Positions 45,244 to 54,998 of a DNA stretch of 64,000 nucleotides are shown in pieces. Below the pieces are notes generated by a model, which saw only the letters and a list, made by a program, of their open reading frames with translations, was not told the origin of the DNA and did not search any database. Position numbers and translations under genes: made by a program. Position 1 is the first letter of the stretch; each line of letters begins with the position of its first letter. Location of the stretch: the IMG/VR virus record IMGVR_UViG_3300041955_000884, positions 1-64,000 of that record; one strand, given 5' to 3'. Origin of the DNA: a virus.

Positions 45244-45862
45244 CGGCCGCCTCCCTGCCAATCAATCCGGCACGCGCAAGGCGCCAGAGTTCGGCCTTCG
45301 CCGCCGCCTTGAAGCGGTCAACAGCCTCCTTATGCCGCTGATAGTAAAGGATGAACGATGTGATGTCCTTCTGGACATTGCGCTGCCGCATGTTCTCCCA
45401 GCGGTCCTTCGGCAGCTTGAGCGGCAAGCAGTGCTCAAAAACGGCGGCGCAGGCATCCCTGCGGTCGAGGTCGGCGTAGTCCACCACGAGCACGCCCGGC
45501 TGCACGGCGAGTTCGTCCAGCGCGCGGCGCTGGCGCTGCATCAGCGCTCGCAGCGTCGGTTCATCGTACGTCGCCACGCCACGGAGGTCGGCGCGCATCA
45601 TCGAAGCCACGACGTCGTCCACGGGCCGGCGAACCACCACGCGCTGCAGCTCAGGGACGTGGTAGCCGAACAGCCGCCAGCCCAGCGCGCACGCGGTTTC
45701 CGCCACGCCGGTCCGCGGCAGCCGCAGGAACCACGCCATCTGCTCGATGGAGCGTGCCCGAATGGCCGTCTCGTGGTGGCACTGCCAGCCGCCGTACGTC
45801 AGGAAGGCCGACAGCCAAGCCGTCCGGGAACGCGGCAGGGCGAATATCATGAACGGCGCCAT
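45230..45862 (-). CDS. sulfotransferase-like / P-loop fold protein
   Basis: FMIFALPRSRTAWLSAFL...CHHE, VVVRRPVDDVVAS, VDYADL. Confidence 0.6.
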   Translation of the reverse strand: MAPFMIFALPRSRTAWLSAFLTYGGWQCHHETAIRARSIEQMAWFLRLPRTGVAETACALGWRLFGYHVPELQRVVVRRPVDDVVASMMRADLRGVATYDEPTLRALMQRQRRALDELAVQPGVLVVDYADLDRRDACAAVFEHCLPLKLPKDRWENMRQRNVQKDITSFILYYQRHKEAVDRFKAAAKAELWRLARAGLIGREAAVGHS

Positions 45863-46320
45863 CAGTGCCTTACCATTCGATATTCCCGGAATAACGTGCG
45901 ACTCGGACCGAATGCAAATGGTTCGCCAACCGTGAAGCCGAGCACCTCCAGGAGGCGGACGGCCTTGTGGTAGTCTGCCGAGACGCGGCCGCGAAGTTCG
46001 GGGAAGATCGTCAGCATCACCCGCACCGCGCTGCGGGCCTCGGCCAGGAAGGCGATCTTCGCCCGCTCAATCGGTGGAGCGGTGAGCAGCCAAAGCTCGC
46101 CGACGCGGCCGAGCGGGCAGCCGCCAACGCCGCCGACCGCCGCGATCTCGCCATCCACCACCATCGTGCTGGCCAGCACCGAGTTCCGCCAGGAGCGCCA
46201 CAGCGCCCGCCGTGGGCTGATGCCAGCCGCCTCTATCTCCGCAGCGTCGCCGACACGGAGGCGGTCGGCGAGGGCCGAGATGTCGCAGGCGAGCGTGGGG
46301 CGGATGGCGTAGGAAGCCAT
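45862..46320 (-). CDS. GNAT-fold virion assembly protein (T7 gp13-like)
   Basis: LRVGDAAEIEA...WLLT...AVRLLEVLGF; follows the tail nozzle gene. Confidence 0.75.
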   Translation of the reverse strand: MASYAIRPTLACDISALADRLRVGDAAEIEAAGISPRRALWRSWRNSVLASTMVVDGEIAAVGGVGGCPLGRVGELWLLTAPPIERAKIAFLAEARSAVRVMLTIFPELRGRVSADYHKAVRLLEVLGFTVGEPFAFGPSRTLFREYRMVRH

Positions 46321-47012
46321 CAATCGGCTGCCAGTTTCAAGACCGCAGCCCCTTGCCTGTCTCTCCTGTCGAGGACGCGCCGGAACACATCGAGGACGAG
46401 GTCGTCCCCGTAGTTCGCGAGCGCTCTGTTCAGAATCCAAATGACCAGGCGGCAGTTGCTCTGCGTGTACGGACCGCCGGGATTGATGCGGTCGATTGAG
46501 GGAGAGAACGGCGACCACCGGCCTTCTCGGCGGAATTCGAGGCCAGACATTTCACAGGTCCCACGCGCAAGACGTTCGTTCATCCACGCTTCGGTGAGGT
46601 CACAGTCTATTCCGGCCTTCCGCGAGCGCTTCTGGACAGCGCGTAGGATATTCCTGCCCCAGTGACGGCTGTAGCTGCGGTTGCAGATGCGCTTGAAAAA
46701 ATCTGGATCCTCGGCCAGCTTCTTGGCCTCGTACGCCTCCCGCTTAGCCTTTCCTTCTGGTGATGCGTTCCGGGCGCGCGCGTACTCTGCTCGCTCTTCC
46801 TTGTGCTGGGCCGCCCACTTTCGATTCCTCTCTCGAATCGCATCTGCATTCTTCTCGCGGCTTCGCTTGCTGTACTCCCGCGTCCTCTCGGGACGCTCGC
46901 GCGCCCAGCGGGCGTTTGACTCGCGGCGCTTGTTCCCAGGCTCATGATAAAGCTCGCGGCGGCGCGCTTTCTGAGCTTCCGTGCGCGGTCGGCTAATTCG
47001 CGGAGTCGCCAT
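46320..47012 (-). CDS. putative HNH-type homing endonuclease
   Basis: Basic helical repeats then CEMSGLEF...PSIDRINPGGPYTQSNCRLV...N. Confidence 0.75.
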   Translation of the reverse strand: MATPRISRPRTEAQKARRRELYHEPGNKRRESNARWARERPERTREYSKRSREKNADAIRERNRKWAAQHKEERAEYARARNASPEGKAKREAYEAKKLAEDPDFFKRICNRSYSRHWGRNILRAVQKRSRKAGIDCDLTEAWMNERLARGTCEMSGLEFRREGRWSPFSPSIDRINPGGPYTQSNCRLVIWILNRALANYGDDLVLDVFRRVLDRRDRQGAAVLKLAAD

Positions 47013-47016
47013 TCTG

Positions 47017-50000
47017 TTACTCGCTGTCAACGTCGTCCCCGAGCCTAATCGAGGTCACAATCGAAAGCAAGTTCAAGGGGATAGGGGCGGTCTGTTGGAC
47101 GGCGATCTGACCACCCGGCTGATTCCAGGCATCAACGACATCACTAAAAACGTCTCCGCTAAAAAGTTCGAAGGGTTGCTGCGGGCTGAGGCTGTTCGGC
47201 GGCTGCTGGAGGCCGGAGAGGTTGGTCCAGGGCACGTTCACTTGGCCCGGCTGCGTCGCGGCATCTGGCTGGTTGGCGCCAATCTCGAACGGGAAGCCGC
47301 TGCCGGCCAGCCGCACCACGGCGCTGTCGATGAGCTTGCGGCGCCCCTGGACGGTCGCCGGGCCTGGGATGTCGAGATAGAGCGTCTGGAGCTGGCAGGT
47401 GAAGCCGAGGCCGACGACAACCTGCGAGGCTGGCTGCGGCAGACTCACAGTGCCGTTCACCACCTTCTGCGGCGCTACCACTACGCCATCAGCAAGGATG
47501 GAGACCTGATTTCCCTCGAGGTGATTGAGGCCATAGACCGTCAGCACCGGGGCAGTGATGGTCCAGCCGCCAGCTCCTACGGGCACGGCGGTGTTCAGCG
47601 GGTCGTTCGGGATGGACGGCGCGGCGTCGCGCGTCACCTCGGCGATGAGGGTGGTCGAGTTCACGAACTGCTGCACGGTCATCGTCCGGCCGTTCATGCG
47701 GATGACATCGCCCGGTTCGCCCTGGCCTGGGGCGTTGGCGAAGACGGGCGCGGAGGCGGTCACTGTCGTCAACGGCACCGAGTAGATTTCCACCGCGGCG
47801 TTCCCGCCCGCCCCCGTCGGGTCGATGATGTTGAACGCCGGGGTCGAGTAGCCGTTGATGTTCCCCCCGATGGCCGCCGTGGTGACGATTCCGCCGCTCA
47901 CGGTCACGGCCGCGATGCACCCGGAGCCAGTGCCGCTGGTGTCCAGCACTTCCGCGTAGGTTCCGGCCGAGTAGTTGGATCCTCCGTAAAGCACATGCCC
48001 AGGCTGGCCGCCCAACTGAAGCGTGAGAACGCCGGAAGCCGAGGACACCGTGAGCGTGGCATTCGGCGAGTTCTGCGGCAGCGACAGCCCGGCGTCCACG
48101 CACCATGCGTCCTCCTGGTCGAGCCAAAGGCGGTTGTCCATGCGCTCCTGGAAGTAAGCCCACACCGGGTTGCCGTTGTTCTGGATGAGCCGCTGGACGA
48201 TGAAGTAAGGGGCGTTCACCGGCGGCTCGGACACCACGGCAACGGACTGGAACAACCCGTTGGTGTCATGGCGCGTCCAGGCATAAACGTCCTGTTCCTT
48301 GAGGTACGTCAGGCAGAGCAGGGTGCCGTCGTTTCTGACAGCCCAGATGAGCTTGTTCGGCTCCTCCGCCCAGCCCCACTGCACGATGGTGAAGCCGTCG
48401 AACAGATGGTTCGACAGCACCGTCATGTCCGTGCCGGTGTAGATGTTGACGAAGAAGTTGTAGCTCAAGTCTCTGACGATGCTGCCCTTTTCCTGGACGT
48501 AGATGATGTCGTAGTTGATGGGAATCGGGGGCACCGTCGGCGAGCAGCCGTTGTACGCCTGCGGGTTCGCCACCTGGTCGGCCGGGGTAATCGCAGCAGA
48601 GGTCGCCAACCCGGAGCCGGCGCCGGACACCTGCCACGCGCCGAGGCCAGTGAAGATGACGAGGCCGCCCGGCATGTTCAGCATCCACAACACGCCGTTG
48701 ACCTGCTGGCTCCAGGGCGTGCCGATGATGGCGTCGGAATCCACCACGGGGTCCGACACGTCCATGTTCGTGAACGCGCCCGGCTGGCTCATGTAGTAGG
48801 TTTCGGGGTTGTTCAGCGTGGCGGCATAGACGCGCCGCTGCTGGAAATAGGAGACGACGGACGGGAACGTGCCCGTCGCCGGCCCAATGCTGGTCGTCGC
48901 CGAGGCCCCGCTTCCCGAGCCGGTCCCGTCGCTGATGACGACGGCCTCGCCGCCCGTGTAGCCGGCGCCTGCGGTGTCAACGACAATCCACGCAATCTCA
49001 CCGAACAGCGCGCCCCCGACGCCGATCACAACGGGCGTGAGGGCGGCATTCTGGCCGATGGGGCTTGTCACTGTTGCTGTCGTCGCCGTGATGCTGTAGC
49101 TCGCATTGCCCGTTGAGGTCACCGCCACCGCCGTCACCGAGGACGTGGCGAATGGGTTGCTGTGCAGCGGCGGTCCCGTCGAGAAGTCCGGCGTCACGTT
49201 GGTGTCGGCGAAGGAAGGCCCGAAGGCGGTCCCGATGTAACCGAACAGGATGCCGGCCGACGGCGGCGCACCGTAGGTCGCCGGCCCACCATAGAAGTTG
49301 TAGGAACCGGCATTCGCCACCGTGGCGAGGTTCACCGTGATGGTGCCGGCCTGCGTCGAGATGTCCACCGACGCCGCGATGGCCACCGGGGAGGCAATGC
49401 TTTCCTCCCCCGTCGAGGCATCAATCGCCGTGCCGCAGAAGGAGTAGTAGAAACTCGGCGTCCCCGCCGACGTGTTCACCACGTAGCTGATGGAGGCCGG
49501 CGGCCCGATGGAGGCCACGAACGAAGTCGTCGTCAGCGTCCAGTTCGAGTCCGTGATGCGGGCGAGGTCCATCGGCGGGTATTCGGCCTGCGTCGCCTGG
49601 TTAACGCACGTCAGGGACATTACGTCCGCAGACTGAGCCCACTTCAGGTCGGGAAGGTCCGCAGCCGCGTAGGGCGTGGCGAGCGTGTAGATGCGCTCGG
49701 CTGTCCCGCCCGAGGTGTATGGGCCTTGACCGAGCGTGCTCACCGTCGTCCCGTCGAGCACGTCAACGAGGGTGAACGTGTTCGTCGTCGTGTTCGACAC
49801 CTCGAAGGAGCGGTTGTTGAGCTGCGGAATCCCGCCGATGCCCTGAAGGAACACCTCGTCGCCATTCACGTAGCCGTGGGCAACGTCGGTCACCACCGAC
49901 GGGCTGGCCGACGTCACGTTGGTGATGGTCGAAGCGCTCTCGGTGACATAGCCGCCGTTGATGACGAAGCGGAAATAGTTGTCGCCGGCCTCGATGACGA

Positions 50001-50253
50001 TGCCCTGAGTAACACTGAAGTTGAAACTGATGTCGCGCGGCGGCGCAACAGTCAAGGCCGCGCCTTTATTGCCCTGCTTACACTGGCCGACGTAGAGTGT
50101 TCCTGCGCGAGACAGGGCGCCGCCGCGATATGACGCGAAAAAATTTCGCAGCGTGGAACAACCATGAGCGTACTTGGCAAGGTCCGTGCGCCCGTAGAGC
50201 TGGGGCGAGAGCTCGCCGGCATTCAGCGCAGAGCGGAGAGTGGGGAGGCTCAC
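47017..50253 (-). CDS. tail tubular protein B (nozzle)
   Basis: NAGELSPQLYGRTDLAKY, AQSADV, FPSVVSYFQQR, AWTRHDT, GLNHLEG, VVVGLGF. Confidence 0.9.
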   Translation of the reverse strand: MSLPTLRSALNAGELSPQLYGRTDLAKYAHGCSTLRNFFASYRGGALSRAGTLYVGQCKQGNKGAALTVAPPRDISFNFSVTQGIVIEAGDNYFRFVINGGYVTESASTITNVTSASPSVVTDVAHGYVNGDEVFLQGIGGIPQLNNRSFEVSNTTTNTFTLVDVLDGTTVSTLGQGPYTSGGTAERIYTLATPYAAADLPDLKWAQSADVMSLTCVNQATQAEYPPMDLARITDSNWTLTTTSFVASIGPPASISYVVNTSAGTPSFYYSFCGTAIDASTGEESIASPVAIAASVDISTQAGTITVNLATVANAGSYNFYGGPATYGAPPSAGILFGYIGTAFGPSFADTNVTPDFSTGPPLHSNPFATSSVTAVAVTSTGNASYSITATTATVTSPIGQNAALTPVVIGVGGALFGEIAWIVVDTAGAGYTGGEAVVISDGTGSGSGASATTSIGPATGTFPSVVSYFQQRRVYAATLNNPETYYMSQPGAFTNMDVSDPVVDSDAIIGTPWSQQVNGVLWMLNMPGGLVIFTGLGAWQVSGAGSGLATSAAITPADQVANPQAYNGCSPTVPPIPINYDIIYVQEKGSIVRDLSYNFFVNIYTGTDMTVLSNHLFDGFTIVQWGWAEEPNKLIWAVRNDGTLLCLTYLKEQDVYAWTRHDTNGLFQSVAVVSEPPVNAPYFIVQRLIQNNGNPVWAYFQERMDNRLWLDQEDAWCVDAGLSLPQNSPNATLTVSSASGVLTLQLGGQPGHVLYGGSNYSAGTYAEVLDTSGTGSGCIAAVTVSGGIVTTAAIGGNINGYSTPAFNIIDPTGAGGNAAVEIYSVPLTTVTASAPVFANAPGQGEPGDVIRMNGRTMTVQQFVNSTTLIAEVTRDAAPSIPNDPLNTAVPVGAGGWTITAPVLTVYGLNHLEGNQVSILADGVVVAPQKVVNGTVSLPQPASQVVVGLGFTCQLQTLYLDIPGPATVQGRRKLIDSAVVRLAGSGFPFEIGANQPDAATQPGQVNVPWTNLSGLQQPPNSLSPQQPFELFSGDVFSDVVDAWNQPGGQIAVQQTAPIPLNLLSIVTSIRLGDDVDSE

Positions 50254-50294
50254 GCCGCTTGCCTCATCGTCGCGCTTCCGGCATAAATCGCCGC

Positions 50295-51767
50295 ATGGCC
50301 GCTATCGAAATCATCCACGGCGATTGCCTCGCCATCCTGCCGACGCTGCCGGCGGACAGCTTCCACGCCATCGTGACCGACCCTCCCTACGGCTTGGAGT
50401 TTATGGGCCGGGCTTGGGATTCGTTCTCTGACGCGCCGCGCGCCGTGCCTGGAACCGGCGGCCGACAGGCGCCGTTTGCCGTCCACTCGACCGCGAACTG
50501 GCAGACAGGCGCTGGCTTCTCCAAACCGGGCATCGGTGAGCGCGAGACGCCCTGGCCGTCCTTCACTGGCAGCAACGATGAGTTCGGTGGCGCAAACCCG
50601 ACATGCGCCACCTGCGGCGGCCGAGCGAGGGGCAAGCGGAAGTGTGCTTGTGCCGAACCTGATTGGCGCGTGAAGGGCGCGGCTCCCGACCGCAACTACG
50701 GGCGACAGCGCCAGATGCAGAATTTCCAGGCGTTCAACGAGGCGTGGGCACGCGAAGGTCTGCGCGTCCTCAAGCCCGGCGCCCACATGCTCGCCTTCGG
50801 CGGCACGCGCACCTATCACCGGCTCGCCTGCGCCATCGAGGACGCCGGGTTCGAGATACGTGACGCGATCATGTGGCACTACGGCTCGGGCTTCCCGAAA
50901 TCGCATGATGTCGAACGGTCGATTGCGAAATGCACATGCCAGATGCCGGGCCGGCATTTTGGTCGCGGTTTGCCGCCGCCAGATGAGCGGCAGCCCGAGG
51001 ACCACATCTGCCATGTGACTCCGGAGTCGGAGCCGTGGGGCGCCTTCGGCACTGCGCTCAAGCCGGCGACCGAGATTATCTGCGTGGCGCGCAAGCCGCT
51101 CGTCGGCACAGTCGCGGCGAACGTGCTGGCGCACGGATGCGGGGCGTTGAATGTTGACGGGTGCCGCGTGCCAATCGACGCCGACGCCGACGCGTCGCAG
51201 CTCAGGACGATGCAGCGTGGCCAGCGCATTGACGATACCAACGGCCAGACGTGGGGCCTGTCGAAGCTCGCCGCCGACGAGCCGCAAGTGGTGCGCCCAG
51301 ATGGCCGCTGGCCCGCCAACCTCATCCACGATGGCAGCGATGAAGTGCTGGCGCTGTTCCCCGAGAGCGACGGTTGCCAGCCGCACGCTGTGAACTCGCG
51401 GAACGAGCAATACGACGGCTGGGGCACAATCACCAACAAGCACGGCGAGACAATCGGATACGAGGGCGCCGGCTCCGCAGCGCGGTTCTTCTATACTGCC
51501 AAGGCCGACAAGCAGGACCGCCTCGGCTCGAAGCATCCCACCGTCAAGCCCGTGGACCTGATGCGCTACCTCGTCCGTCTCATCACGCCGCCCGGCGGCC
51601 GCGTCCTGGACCCATTTGCTGGCAGCGGCACCACTGGCATGGCCGCGCTCGCGGAGGGATTCGACTGCACGCTCATCGAGCGCGAGGCCGAGGCCGTCGC
51701 GGATTGCCGCCGCCGGGTCGCCCACGTTCGCGGGGATGACACGCCGCTGTTCGCTGGGCCGGAGTGA
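50295..51767 (+). CDS. DNA amino-methyltransferase (beta class, N4-C/N6-A)
   Basis: IVTDPPYG motif IV before VLDPFAGSGTTG motif I; HPTVKP. Confidence 0.93.
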   Translation: MAAIEIIHGDCLAILPTLPADSFHAIVTDPPYGLEFMGRAWDSFSDAPRAVPGTGGRQAPFAVHSTANWQTGAGFSKPGIGERETPWPSFTGSNDEFGGANPTCATCGGRARGKRKCACAEPDWRVKGAAPDRNYGRQRQMQNFQAFNEAWAREGLRVLKPGAHMLAFGGTRTYHRLACAIEDAGFEIRDAIMWHYGSGFPKSHDVERSIAKCTCQMPGRHFGRGLPPPDERQPEDHICHVTPESEPWGAFGTALKPATEIICVARKPLVGTVAANVLAHGCGALNVDGCRVPIDADADASQLRTMQRGQRIDDTNGQTWGLSKLAADEPQVVRPDGRWPANLIHDGSDEVLALFPESDGCQPHAVNSRNEQYDGWGTITNKHGETIGYEGAGSAARFFYTAKADKQDRLGSKHPTVKPVDLMRYLVRLITPPGGRVLDPFAGSGTTGMAALAEGFDCTLIEREAEAVADCRRRVAHVRGDDTPLFAGPE

Positions 51768-51775
51768 ATCTTTCA

Positions 51776-52570
51776 TCAGTACCGCAGACCGCAGGGATAC
51801 GTGACGCTGTCCCAGCCGCCGTAGCCGCCATATTGGCCCACCGGCCCGGCATTCCAGGCGTTGTTGTATCCGCTCGTGAAGCGCGCGCGCAGCCAGTCCG
51901 GCGAGTGGTCGATCGACGGAATCCCTTCCGCCCCGTTGGCGACGCGGGCTTGGTCGAGGATGGAGGAGCAGGTGGCGACTTGGGCGTTGTATTGGGCCTG
52001 GTTTCTGGCCAGCGCGTTGATGAAATAGGCAGCCAGGTAGGCGGTCTCGGCGTCGAGGAACAGTTTGTCCCAGGTATCTGGAATCATCGAAAGGTCGCGG
52101 GTATAGACGAGCTGAGCATTCGGTAGGTTGCACAGCAGCACGCGAATCGGATTATTGTTTGCATCTACGTCCGTCCCCGGAATGAACGGAATGCCAGTCG
52201 GCACCGGGGGCACGCGAGCGATGTTCGTCGGCGTGGTCGTCAGCGGAGTGCCTGGCGGTGCCACAGGGATGGTCGGCAGCACGAAGCGGGCCTTCAGACA
52301 ATCTGGTGGATACAAATAACTGAAGAGCCAAGGCTGTGGCGGCGGATTGCTGCTGGCGACGCCGTTGGTGATGGCCTCTTTCCAGACGGTGAGCGTGATC
52401 TGCGCTCGTGCGAAGTCCCAATTAGCCGCCCTCAAAAGCGCTTGGGTTTTTGGCAAGTAGAACGTGCGGGCAATGATGGCCTGCGCGCTCGTGTCATTCG
52501 TCAGGCTATTCACGAAAACGCGACTGCCTTGTTCCGCGAGCGCGACGTTTATTACGTCCGTTGGAGTCAC
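51776..52570 (-). CDS. tail tubular protein A (adaptor)
   Basis: VINVALAEQG...WDFAR...YLYPPDCL pattern and position. Confidence 0.85.
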   Translation of the reverse strand: MTPTDVINVALAEQGSRVFVNSLTNDTSAQAIIARTFYLPKTQALLRAANWDFARAQITLTVWKEAITNGVASSNPPPQPWLFSYLYPPDCLKARFVLPTIPVAPPGTPLTTTPTNIARVPPVPTGIPFIPGTDVDANNNPIRVLLCNLPNAQLVYTRDLSMIPDTWDKLFLDAETAYLAAYFINALARNQAQYNAQVATCSSILDQARVANGAEGIPSIDHSPDWLRARFTSGYNNAWNAGPVGQYGGYGGWDSVTYPCGLRY

Positions 52571-53247
52571 GCAGCATTCTCCTTTCGCTTAGCGCGGTCG
52601 AGATACGCTGCCGCAGCACGCAGCAACTCGGCGTCATCGCGAAGAAGTCCGATTCCCGTGTTGCAGCCGCTGCACAGAATTCCTCTGTTCGCACCAGTCA
52701 TGTGGTCGTGGTCAACGTGACACTGGCGAGTAGCGACCGAAAGCGGCTGCTGGCAAATCGCGCAGCAGCCCCCTTGTTCGGCGAGCCACGCCGCGATTTC
52801 GTGCACGCTCATGCCGTACCTGCGCTTACGCGCTGAATCAACCGAGCGCTTGCTCGCCAAGGCGCGGTTGTCGCCCTTATCGCGCCAGCGTGTCATCGCC
52901 TCTCTGTTGCAATCCTTGCAGCGATAGGCGTAGCCAGTCGGAGACTCGGTCAGGCGAGGGAAATCTGACAAGGCCTTCTCGACACGACATACGGTGCAGA
53001 CCCGCCGTCCTGTGCGAAAGAGCGCGTGGGCGGCGGCCCTTTTTGCTACGTTCTCCGGCTTTGCTCGGCTTATTCGAGGCTGCCCAGCGCGCCACATGCG
53101 CATGCACTCGGCTACGCATGCCTTGCACCGCGACGAGTGCCCGAGCGCGCCGTCCTTGGCCGGCGAAAATTCTGTCAACGATCTCCAGACACCGCAGCGC
53201 GAGCAGGCGCGCTTGCCGTCAACGAGAACGACGAATGGCCTCGCCAT
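52567..53247 (-). CDS. endonuclease VII-type homing endonuclease
   Basis: Two CxxC...CKxC zinc modules, QGGCCAIC...HVDHDHMTGANRGILCSGCNTGIG. Confidence 0.88.
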   Translation of the reverse strand: MARPFVVLVDGKRACSRCGVWRSLTEFSPAKDGALGHSSRCKACVAECMRMWRAGQPRISRAKPENVAKRAAAHALFRTGRRVCTVCRVEKALSDFPRLTESPTGYAYRCKDCNREAMTRWRDKGDNRALASKRSVDSARKRRYGMSVHEIAAWLAEQGGCCAICQQPLSVATRQCHVDHDHMTGANRGILCSGCNTGIGLLRDDAELLRAAAAYLDRAKRKENAA

Positions 53248-53363
53248 GGTCGGACGCTCCGAGATGAATGTGAGCGTCATTATAGCGCACAAGCCATTGA
53301 AACGCCATCGCTTTCAGCCCTGCGCGGGCGCTGGACCGCTGCCGGTATCTGTCCGCAGCGCCA

Positions 53364-53912
53364 TCATGAGGCCCCCGTGAGCGCGAAGATGGAGAAGTTG
53401 GCGTTGTAGACCGTGACCTGGCTCCCGCCCTGCGTGGTGTCCTCGACGCGGAGGTCGTACCTGTCGCCGACAACGGCGCCATCTATGCCCACGATCGTGC
53501 TGGAGACGGCCTTGTTGGCCGTCAGGACATCCGTGGCCACGATGTGGTCCGGGATGGGGCTGTTGTTCTTGAAGATGCCGAACCGGATGCCGTCGGTGTT
53601 GTTGCAGGACCAATTCACCATGCACAGCGTCACGAAGGTGCCGGCGATGTTGACGAGAACGGAACCCGTGGCGAGGCTCGTCACCGCGTTGACCGGCGCC
53701 TGGTCCTGCGTCCAGCCGGCCGTCCATTGGTAATACGCGCTCGCCGTGGTCATCGTCAGCGAAGCGGTGTTCCCGTTGACGGTGATTTCGGCGAAGGCGA
53801 GCGTACCGGCGAGCTTGCCGGCCGTCGCCTGCACTGTGGTCGCGGAAGGCTCGCCAGCCGCTGAAACCGGCACGATGGTGATCAGGTCCTGCGGCTGCAC
53901 ATCGTACGCCAT
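53364..53912 (-). CDS. putative head/neck structural protein
   Basis: Beta-rich 182 aa in the head operon. Confidence 0.65.
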   Translation of the reverse strand: MAYDVQPQDLITIVPVSAAGEPSATTVQATAGKLAGTLAFAEITVNGNTASLTMTTASAYYQWTAGWTQDQAPVNAVTSLATGSVLVNIAGTFVTLCMVNWSCNNTDGIRFGIFKNNSPIPDHIVATDVLTANKAVSSTIVGIDGAVVGDRYDLRVEDTTQGGSQVTVYNANFSIFALTGAS

Positions 53913-53914
53913 GG

Positions 53915-54412
53915 CTACCGCCCATCGGTTTCCATGGTTGGGCGCGCCTCTGCGACGTACTGCGCGAGACCGGCGTCCCAGACGAGGACGGTCCCGTCGG
54001 GCGCGGTGATGCGGAGCAGGTTGCCCGTTGGCTCGGGGCCAAGCGGGATCTCCGGTTCCGTCGCCGGCACGGGCGCGGCCTTATCGAACGCGAAGTAGAC
54101 GACGTTGGATGGCTCGTCTGGTTTCGGCTCTGCGGCAGCGCGCTGCGGACGCAGGCTTTCCTCCTCGAGGGCGCGAATCTGCGCCTCGGAACTCTTTACG
54201 TACTGCGTGACGAAGCTCGGCGTGTTACGGAGCGTCTCGTCGCGGGCCGGTTGCGCTGCGGCGAGCACGGCAGGCGCCGCGGCCTCATCCTCGGCCCAGA
54301 CATCGACCATGTGCGCGCCAGGAACGACCTTGTCGCTGCACAGCACCTCGTCGCCGGCCTCGATGAGGCGGCCGTCGTGGAAGCCGCGCTTCGTCCAGCG
54401 GTAGAGCCTCAC
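53915..54412 (-). CDS. hypothetical head-region protein
   Basis: Contains RDETLRNTPSFVTQ motif shared with 57561..58232. Confidence 0.65.
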   Translation of the reverse strand: MRLYRWTKRGFHDGRLIEAGDEVLCSDKVVPGAHMVDVWAEDEAAAPAVLAAAQPARDETLRNTPSFVTQYVKSSEAQIRALEEESLRPQRAAAEPKPDEPSNVVYFAFDKAAPVPATEPEIPLGPEPTGNLLRITAPDGTVLVWDAGLAQYVAEARPTMETDGR

Positions 54413-54660
54413 TGGCCGGTCTCCATCATCGCTCGGACGTGCCCGACCGGAGACAAAACGAAACCGCCGAGGCGCTCGGCGCCGTACCCAGCCGCGATTA
54501 GCTCGGCCTTCATCTCGGCTGTCATTACCGGCTGAAGCAGCTTGTTCACACCCATCTGACGCAGCGCGGCGGTCGTGGCGTCGGAAAGCGGCGTCTGGAG
54601 CTTCTGGCGGCTCGCCGGGGCGAGGCGGTCAACGATGAGGGCCGACAGCGCGGAAGGCAT
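54409..54660 (-). CDS. hypothetical protein
   Basis: GGAGGAG RBS, coupled. Confidence 0.6.
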   Translation of the reverse strand: MPSALSALIVDRLAPASRQKLQTPLSDATTAALRQMGVNKLLQPVMTAEMKAELIAAGYGAERLGGFVLSPVGHVRAMMETGQ

Positions 54661-54998
54661 TACTCCTCCTCGCCGTCGGGCGCTTCCTCAGTGGTCTCGT
54701 CCTCGATACTCAGGTCCGTGATTGCGAGTTCCAGGCATTCCTCGCGGCCGGCACCCGTCGCGTTCTGCTTGATGCCCGTCACTTTGGCGAGGCCGGAGAT
54801 ATGGATGGTGTCGCCGATGGCCACGTCCTCGTCGAGCTCGATGTTGAGCTTGTCGAGCTCCGTTTCGGTAAGCCGGATGCAGAGGCCGTAGGGGACGTCA
54901 GGCATGGACGAGAGGGCCGGGGGCATCTCGTTTTTCAGCCGCTCCTGCGCCTTCTCGGCGTCAGAACGCTCCATCGAAACCATTTTCCTAAAGGACAT
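54660..54998 (-). CDS. acidic head-accessory protein
   Basis: PYGLCIRLTETELDKL...LELAITDL. Confidence 0.65.
   Translation of the reverse strand: MSFRKMVSMERSDAEKAQERLKNEMPPALSSMPDVPYGLCIRLTETELDKLNIELDEDVAIGDTIHISGLAKVTGIKQNATGAGREECLELAITDLSIEDETTEEAPDGEEE

Noticed and set aside
30749-49116. Long antisense ORFs (e.g. 30749..32815, 40031..41791, 46981..49116)
   Set aside because: Shadow frames of high-GC3 genes on the opposite strand; no motifs or RBS
50295-51767. Intein or restriction-modification pair at the MTase
   Set aside because: No intein terminal motifs and no adjacent restriction endonuclease; orphan MTase
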